In this document: piece by piece, positions 56,009-64,000 of the stretch
Position numbering within the stretch: position 1 is the first letter of the stretch
Layout of the letters: every line of letters starts with the position of its first letter
Assembly: GCA_904063045.1 (NCBI GenBank)
Contig: CAJFCJ010000019.1
Span: 1,379,700-1,443,699 of the forward strand
Direction: 5' to 3'
From: Dimorphilus gyrociliatus
Taxonomy: Eukaryota; Animalia; Annelida
Length of the DNA stretch: 64,000 nt
The notes under the pieces: model-generated
Databases searched by the model: none
What the model was told of the DNA's origin: nothing
The model's input: only the letters and a program-made list of their open reading frames with translations
Translations under genes and position numbers: made by a program

Positions 56009-59000
56009 TTAGTTATCGTAAAAGTCACTTTGACCATTCAAAGAGTACACTTTTTGTACAGGAGAGTTCGCTTTTGGTTGCTGGAGAAAATCATTTAGCG
56101 ATGTTGTCCAATAACGTTTAATATCCCTTCCCGATCGCCTAGAATGTGTTCTAGTTTTTGTGTCTTCATCACCCAAATCTAAATCGGGTGTCGATGAAGA
56201 TGAACTAGTGTCATACCTTTTCTTGAAGGGAGATGAAGGGGCTGTTAAAGAACTACCTAAAGAGTAAAGAGGCTCGAAAGCTTTAGGTGTTAAAAGTGGC
56301 TTCGTTTCGATACCGCTGACAGTCGCAGCTCTCGACCTGATATCGCTAATCTTCAAAGGCCATCGACTTTCTAATTCCTCCAAGCTCATACACACGTGAG
56401 CATTATTCCCTAATCGGTCGTCGTTCTTTTCTCCTAGCCGGCTAAGTAGTTCCGTTGAACTGTCAGGTGGAGCTGTTCGTAGGAGTTCTTCTATTACGTT
56501 GTCTGTTTCATGACGGTCAGACATTAATAGTTCGCTATAAGTCTTCTTTGCGTTTGTAATTTCATCATACCATTTAGTATTTGTGGAAAGGAATGTATAA
56601 AGACCCTGAACCATATTTAGTTCGTTAAGGTAGCAGAGAGCAAATGACGATTCTTTTAGCCATATTAATTGAACTACATCTAACCTCATAGGAGGTTTGA
56701 CTAATTTTAGCTTGTTATCATTTTTCCTCTGATAACTCTTCTTCGTAATTAATATCATATCAGAAAATAGAAACAAATAGACATCTTGTAATTTACTTCC
56801 CGAGTTATCTTTCATTCTTATAGTTCCTTCATACATCAATCTTCTTCTTTGCTGCGCCTTCTGACATCCAAACATGGGAGAGGTTAGGCGTAGACTTATA
56901 TTATGGCGTGAAAGTTGCGAAATAATATCTTCTGGTAAATTTTCTACAACATCATAGCCATCTATCCTTTCCTCTATTGCCCATAATTTCATTTCTTGTT
57001 CATATCGGCGAACTTGTTCGTTCATAGAACCAACAAAATTCTTTATTTTACCAACAGTTACTTCGAGAGTTTTCTTCTGCTCATCTTCACCAGTACACTG
57101 CAAGAGACGTTCAAGGGGTAGAGCAAAACGAGTCAAGTGGTGCATTGGACTCTTTAAATAACTACTTAAATCAAGTTTGTTTAATTTAGGATGGTTATTG
57201 GCCCACTCGTAAAATTTTTTAAATGCTAAATTTTTCGATTGCTCTGATTTTATGTACTTTTCACAACTTTCAATTTGCAAGTTATATAAGTAAGCTTCCG
57301 AGAAATATTCGTCCGATAATTGGTCGTCACCTGCTGAACTGTTGACGTTATATAAACGAGCCACTTTAGCTGCTTCCGCTGGCTGTTTCGACGAACGAAT
57401 TTCACTAATAAACGGCCCTATCACTGTATTCCACCGTTTAGCACATTTCGAAAAGACTTCCGCTAAATTAGCAATGACACTACCAACTTTTATCGACTCA
57501 ATCAGTTTCTCGTCCATTAGACAGAGTAAAGGACAGATGAAGACTTCGAAGACGGTTTGTAGCTTAAGAGCGTATGTCGCTTCAAAGTTGACTATTTCCC
57601 ATATAATATTCTGACGTTCCTTCTCTTTTTTCGAGAGGCCATCATCTGAAAAAACTTCAGTCCACGAATATTTCACATGTAGTAAAGATGGGTCATGGTC
57701 AAATTTTTCATATTCAAAGCGAGAGGGTGGGCGTGGTAGGGCTACAGAAAATTCTGAAAGCCGTCTTGCTAATGGCTCTTCATGCCTCGGTAGAGGAGAA
57801 GGTTGATCCTCATCACTTTTCCTTCCCTTCGTCTAAATTTCATAAGAAATGGAGAAGAAAACAAATTATTAATTAATAATTTTATAAAAATTTAATTAAA
57901 AAGCATAAAACTTAAGATTAACTGATAAACAAATGAAATTGAATAAAGAGAAAACAAACTATTCAAGTTAACTTTTGTCAAATGAAAAGTATATATCAAA
58001 ATATAATCGTACATTTGTACTCGAGTAATTTTTATTATAAATGTCACAAGACAACTTGTTGGAAGAAACGACTTGATTAATTGTGTATTTGACAATCAAT
58101 ATATAGCATCTAAAAGCTTACACTAACTCTGGTATCTTATTATACTGAAAGTTTTTTAAAACCAATCGATTCATTAACTTCTTCCTTTAAACTGATATTT
58201 TTTCTCATTTTAAGTATGAAAGACAAAAAATAAAACAATATAGGACTTTTTTAGGATATGAAAAAATCCTTTTCTACAACATCTCAAACGAAGAAGGTGC
58301 AAGCTTTCGCAATATCCGTTTAATTAAATAGAACGGGGTTTCTTTTCGAAACCAAATACACTCCAACGACCGACTAAAATGATCGTTAGATTCTACCAAC
58401 GTTAATTAAACGCTTCACCTAGTAGGTAAGCCTTCAATCAGTCTCTTCCTCACATCTTTAATCAACAACTCTTGCTTATTTAGATATACAGTTTGTTTTG
58501 TTGACGTTTTAGTGAATAAAAAAAAATTGAAATGCACTTTTTTTAGCAAAAACGATATAAAAAATTTTCTAAATTGAATAGAAAAGAAAAGGTACCTTAA
58601 TCGTAAACGACCGACTTCTCATAGATAGTTAGCTGATCTATGCGACCAACAAAGGTCGAGAATGAGACAATTTATAAGATGAATGAATTAATATGGAGAA
58701 CAGTAGTAGAGGAGAGCGACGGAGGAGAAGAAGACGTTTTAGTCTGATAATTGACTTTGTTAACTCACGACTTTGCGTATTGAATTTCCGGAGTTTTGAT
58801 GCGTCGCCAGCAACAATAGTTGAATAGTTAGAATTGCTACGGCGCCCGCGCGCAGCAGGTAATCCAATTTCACAAACGCATAACAATAACAGACGACAAA
58901 CATTCTAACAAACACGTTCCACCGCCAGGCTTTACCTTGTTAATAATCAAAGCAGCTTTCACGCTCCGAGGGAAAGCGAAAGCAGCGCCGACGGTCATCG

Positions 59001-60052
59001 AACTCTATAAAAGAGGTGATGCGTCAAAAGGGAAGAGGGGAGATACAATACACTTATCCCTTTCCCTTTTACTTTTTCACTGTTACTTTACATTATGTGC
59101 CATTCTTTTAGCATCATTTATTTTTCTAATTGTAAAATAGTTTAATGAGAATTTTTTTATAAAAATAAAAAATACACCTTTCTAAAAATACCTTTAATAA
59201 TTCATTTTTTATCAACTGTATATGATAAAAAAATATTTTGAAATAAGCTGCTTAAAATGACGCCTTTGTCCGTTAATTCGGTCGTTAGGTTGTTTTGCTA
59301 TAACAATTAACCTTCGTTCAAGGGCTAGATATACTAACAAAAACAAGCTGGCAACAAAAAAGTAGCTAATTCTTACTCACCGTCCCTGACTGGTCATCAC
59401 CTTGTTTAACTGAAAACAGAGTAAAATTAATCAACATAATTAAATTTATATATGCTTTATTTAAGCTTTACCGCCAACGTATAGCTTGAAGCCGGCTACG
59501 TATGAGACTACGCTATCTAGAGGTAGTGGTGTTGCTGAATTTTCAATTACAACTTCTAACTGATCAACGTCAACCTCATACCAGCTCTTTTCGCAGACAG
59601 TCTTCAAGACATTCTTAAGGGTTGACATAGCTTTAGGTCGAACTATAAGAACAGGCGGTGTTGAGTGTGTAGACGGTATAAAATTTAATTGTACAGAGAG
59701 TGGAGTGGTTTCCTCCAATAAATCAAGAGAACGTCCTCCAGGAGCGCTAAATTTCCTAGTTCGACCGGTTTTTTCTTCTTCCTCCATATTTTTAGCGTCC
59801 TTCCAATTAAAGGTCAACGAGCGCCCAAGTCTACGACTTGTCTTGACGAATCTAGCGTCTTTTCCGTATAGGAAATTATTCCAAATTTGTTGACCGTTTT
59901 CCTTTTTTAGTGAAAATAGAATTATAAAATAAAGGAATTACTTGAAAATGAGTATCGATCCTAATTCTTTTTAATTTTTTCGATTTAATATCGATTTTAG
60001 GAGAAATACCTTTCGCAGCATTTGAGACTTTTCTCTCCTTTGTAGATACTCT
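56009..60052 (-). CDS. PLEKHG5: PLEKHG5/6-like RhoGEF (RBD-like + DH + PH), 5' end uncertain
   Basis: Large exon 57832-56009 with KFDHD...KYSWTE, QNIIWEIVNFEATY, WANNHPKLNKLDL, IDGYDVVE, LRLTSPM, RRLMYEGTIRMK, DVYLFLFSDMILITK, LVKPPMRLD, all parallel to PLEKHG5. Upstream ubiquitin-like/RBD exon 59901-about 59470, 29-nt exon 59409-59381, exon about 60052-59942. Confidence 0.85.
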
Positions 60053-62539
60053 GAAAAAAAAATATTCTCTATACAATTTTTAAATCTACCGGGCGAAAAA
60101 GCGTGAAAGTGTTAAGTACTTAAAATTCCCATCTTGCTGTGCTGTTCAAAATACTCAGCCAATTGGACCGGAATTAAAATTTACTGCCGACTACTTATAC
60201 TCAACTTTAAATTTTAGATTTTTTTTTGAAGTCTTACAATAAAGCCTCTAATTGATCAGGAAAGTGTTCATTTGTATGAGATACACCTAATTGTATCCTT
60301 AGGAAGTAATAACGTACCTATTAGGATATTCAGTCCCAATTCTTTTATATCATTATTATATGTATATCAAATCTGAACTTTCTTATGAGTCTACCCTCCT
60401 AAACACAGCTTGATAATGAAAAGTATAATATTGTTGTTAAGAGTACATAACAACCTTAGAGCTTTTTTATCAATGAGTTAATGACATCACACTGATCTTT
60501 ATTAACAAACAGTTTGTCACTAGTCATCAACTGCTTACAACTACGACTTAAAAGTATAAAAACTTGCATCCTTTTCTTTACTTTTCTTTCCTTTCCTTCC
60601 CATTTCCATTTTGCTGTGCTTTCCGTCTCTTTCATTCTCTTTTATAATATTTACCACCTGTATGTACTCTTAACGGGGGTATAGCTTTTAAATTTAAATA
60701 AGCAAGACTAGAATAAATAAACAAAGACATAAAGAAGGCAAAATTGAAACTGAGGAGTAGAAAAAGACTTATAGAGTATATGTATATATATATATATATA
60801 TCTAACTATTTTTTTTCTTAATGTTAATTTATAAAGGTTAAAATATTTATTAAGAAAATATCATCTACTGTAAAAATGCTGTCATATATAGGTGTATCGG
60901 ATTATTAATTATATAGCGTTAGCGAAATATAAATAGTATATCTAAGTAATTTAATAATGCAAATATTTTTAACGTTAACTTTTTTCTTTAAAAAAAAAAA
61001 AGAAAAAAAAAACTTTCATAGACGTTTGTTTCGTTTTCATTTTTCTTTAGTCTTAGAAAATTTACCTAATTTATGATCTAATTATTAGAGTTTAACTAAT
61101 TTAAAATAGTTATATTTATATTTGGAAAAGAATGACCTTTCAGTTAACTCATCATCATTATCATCATTAAGCTCAATTAACCTTTATTTACGTAAGTTGT
61201 ATATAAATATCGTTTGTAATGAGAAATTTCAATCTTTTTGCGTTATACTATTAATATCTATTAACCCGTAAAATTTTCTTATCATTAATGTCAATTTCGC
61301 CTGTCCCCAGCGATAGTTTATTATCTAATCGAACTCTGTTTGTACACATTGTATATATAAATATATGCTATTTTTATGTTGTTTATATTGTATATATATG
61401 CGTAGAAGCATAATGAGAAGGTAAAAATCAAATACGAAGTTTAATTAGATTCACTATTCAAAAATTTTGAATAAATACGTATTGCCTTAAGGCTTTATAT
61501 GATTCATCATGCTTTAGTTGACTTCTTATTTGAAGTAGTTGGAAGACAGTTTAGTGTTGTTTAAATTATTCTATTTTGTTCGAAATTCAAGGATACAACT
61601 AAAATTAAGATATATAAATTTATACTGTATATTCTGTATATATTTCGTTTTATTATAGTTTATGATTATTGTTGAAAAGTCAAAGTATTAAGTGTCATCG
61701 GTCCGGAAAAATACGGTATAATCTGACACCAGATGGCTGATTTTAGATCCATATACCATTTATATATAGATCATAACCCTTTTGCTCCGTTTATAGTTCC
61801 CTATGTATAGTACATGCATATACGGTATATATATATAATTCTATTTATAGATAATTATAGCATACATAATAAATAATAATACATCAGTAAAAACGCAAGT
61901 ACGCATATTTTTTCAAATTAAACTAACTATAGACGAATTATTTAGTGGGTGGGTGACTTTCATGGATGATATACTAATAGGATCACTGCATTTAACTAGA
62001 GATAGCTGTTTTATACCTCTGGGTATCTCAGTATTTTATAACGGTTTTTGTGAAATAGAATCTATTACTAATAGTCATTTAAGCGTCTTCTAGAAGGAAA
62101 ATTCCAAACAAAAAATTTATTTGTTCAGTTTCTTTTACTTTTTAATAGATGTACAGATGTAGAAAAAAAGGCATTTTCACATCAAAAGTTCTCCTCATTT
62201 ATTAAATAAAAAATATTAATATGAACAGAAAGAAGTATTTGTATCATACGTAAAATCACTACCATGCTATAATCATTGTAAACTAGACATCTCTCAAGAG
62301 ATAGAGCAAAAAATATTAAATAATAATGAGTAGATAGTAGAGTATGAGTTTCGGAGAGGTAAAGATAGATAGAGAGAAGAAAGAAAAAGCAAATAAAAAT
62401 AGGAAAAAAAGATACCAAAACCTTTTTATGCTGCTCTGTTGCTGCCACATTAAACTCAATGAACTATAACTTGAGAGAGAGAGATAGAAATAGAGATAGA
62501 TAGACAGAAAAAGAGAGAGAGGGGTATATATATATGTAT

Positions 62540-62590
62540 ATATATTATATGCTGAGAGAGAGAGAGAGAGAGATAGAGAAAGAGAAAATA
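62540..62590. repeat. (AG)n microsatellite
   Basis: Direct inspection. Confidence 0.85.
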
Positions 62591-62705
62591 AGACAAGATA
62601 CTCTATCATCTAAGTAGTATAAAGATTCAGATGAAATTTTTTTCGCGCTCTTTTTTGTCGCATTTATTTTTTTATAATTGATTATGAGATATCGTTTTCA
62701 TTTTT

Positions 62706-64000
62706 CTAGCACCTTCTCTTAGATGCTGCATGTAGTCTAGGAAACTTGTTATTATTAACGCCGTCAGGTAGATCATCTGTTTGAAAAATATAATAATTAA
62801 TTAACCATGGCTCCTTTAGGTAGTAACTAATTTGACTCAGTTTTCTTTGGTAATTTGATAAATATTATTTATAAATTATGATATAAATTAATATTCCATT
62901 GATTAGTCATAAAATAGTGAATCAATAAAAGATATCCTACCTAGACACCTGTAGCTCAACTGCGAAAATATAACCTTTTCTTGTGAAAATACTAGAAGAC
63001 CTAGACTACCTCCGATAAATGTTGTATCCTTTAAGTGACCAGAATCTATTATTCTAACGCTACCGTCGAAAATTTGTAATCTAATATAACCAAAGTCTGG
63101 TCTATGCTGTAATTTCCATTTATAAGATCTTCGCATTTTCCATGAGATACCATTTGAATCTTTCCATAGAGTTGTTGTTTGCCCAGGAACACTAAAACTA
63201 TGCCATAATGAATTTCTCATCATAGGTCCCGGTCCAGTTCCTGAGTGAACAACTTTAATATGAACACCTGGTTCAGCAACTGCTCTAAAAGGAGTGTTTT
63301 CCCAATAGGTCTGTTTTCCTCTCTTCCACATAACAGCGTAGAAGTGACTGCTATTTGTATAGCCAAATACAAGACCGGCATAATCATTGTCAACTTTAGA
63401 GTCAACGTAGAATGTTCCATCAAAGTCAACGCCAGCAAAACGATGATATCCGACAAACAAACCAGGGTCACTGTTAATATGCTGTATAACTTCGGCTCCG
63501 TTATCCCTAATATCCCAATCTGGATCATCTTGGGAGTCCTCTGTAGGAATAGATTAAATCAGTTTGAAAAATTAAGACAAATCGTCAGGAATAAAGGATA
63601 ACCTTTAGGATCAAGCATAATCTGGGTATAATTTCTAAAATCAGTATCAAATATTTCTTTATTTCTGTAGCAAACGTCCAAATGGTCTGGCTGATTGTCA
63701 CCGTCACAATCCTTGTCACAAGCATCACCTTGACCGTCGTTATCGGCATCGCGTTGGTCCGGGTTATATACTAAACGGCAATTGTCGTTATCATCTAGAA
63801 TTTTATCGTTATCATCATCAGGATCACACTCATCGCCCATTCCGTCTCCATCCGTATCCAATTGATCTGGATTTCTGTGATCTGGACAATTATCATTTCT
63901 ATCTGGTATGCCGTCTCTATCCCTATCTGAAAAGCCTTCACAAGCGTCTCCAATCCTATTTTTATTATTATCTGCTTGATCTTTATTAGGTTCATCAGGG
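62706..64000 (-). CDS. Thrombospondin/COMP-family protein, 3' part (type 3 Ca-binding repeats + C-terminal lectin-like domain); 5' part outside the window
   Basis: DxDGDGxGDxCD repeats, TDFRNY..I.LDP, NSDPGLFVG, GVDFDGTFYV, DNDYAGLVFGY, FYAVMWK..KQTYW..TPFRAVAEPG, WKLQHRP..GYIR, GGSLGLLVFSQEKVIFSQLSYRC. Last exon DDLPDG...RRC-TAG at 62706. Subgroup not resolvable here. Confidence 0.93.

Noticed and set aside
63546-63607. Thrombospondin intron donor GTTATCCTTT resembling a U12 5' splice site
   Set aside because: It has an extra T relative to GTATCCTT and no clear U12 branch point; treated as U2-type.

Overview
This is AT-rich, gene-dense eukaryotic (animal) DNA with mostly 50-90 nt GT-AG introns. 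The gene content and compactness suggest a small-genome lophotrochozoan such as an annelid, but the organism is an inference. There is no CRISPR array, rRNA or tRNA that I can support. Left to right: IBTK (3' end runs off the window), ATAT1, a GalT/HIT-like nucleotidyltransferase, PFDN6, a possible decayed death-domain fragment, two paralogous intronless class A GPCRs, an internally deleted IR/DR-type Tc1 transposon, a nicotinic-receptor-like subunit, an SLC34 Na/Pi transporter, GARNL3 (RapGAP+CNH) with an array of alternative first exons, an orphan with a GGCT-like C-terminal domain, a NIT-domain guanylyl cyclase, an extremely Arg/Lys-rich multi-TM orphan, a coiled-coil orphan, Tbx1/10, a PLEKHG5-like RhoGEF and the 3' half of a thrombospondin. 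The most unusual signals are: (i) a NIT-GC lacking one catalytic metal Asp; (ii) a GPCR pair lacking DRY and several other activation switches; (iii) a GGCT-fold probable pseudoenzyme on a long disordered, Cys-motif-bearing protein; (iv) a Tc1 deletion derivative that keeps an open DNA-binding-domain ORF, plus many TA-CAG/CTG-TA excision-footprint-like motifs; (v) a Cys-loop subunit with loop C largely deleted; (vi) four phase-compatible alternative N-termini for GARNL3. All splice models, alignments and counts were made by eye from remembered family consensus sequences. No database search was run.
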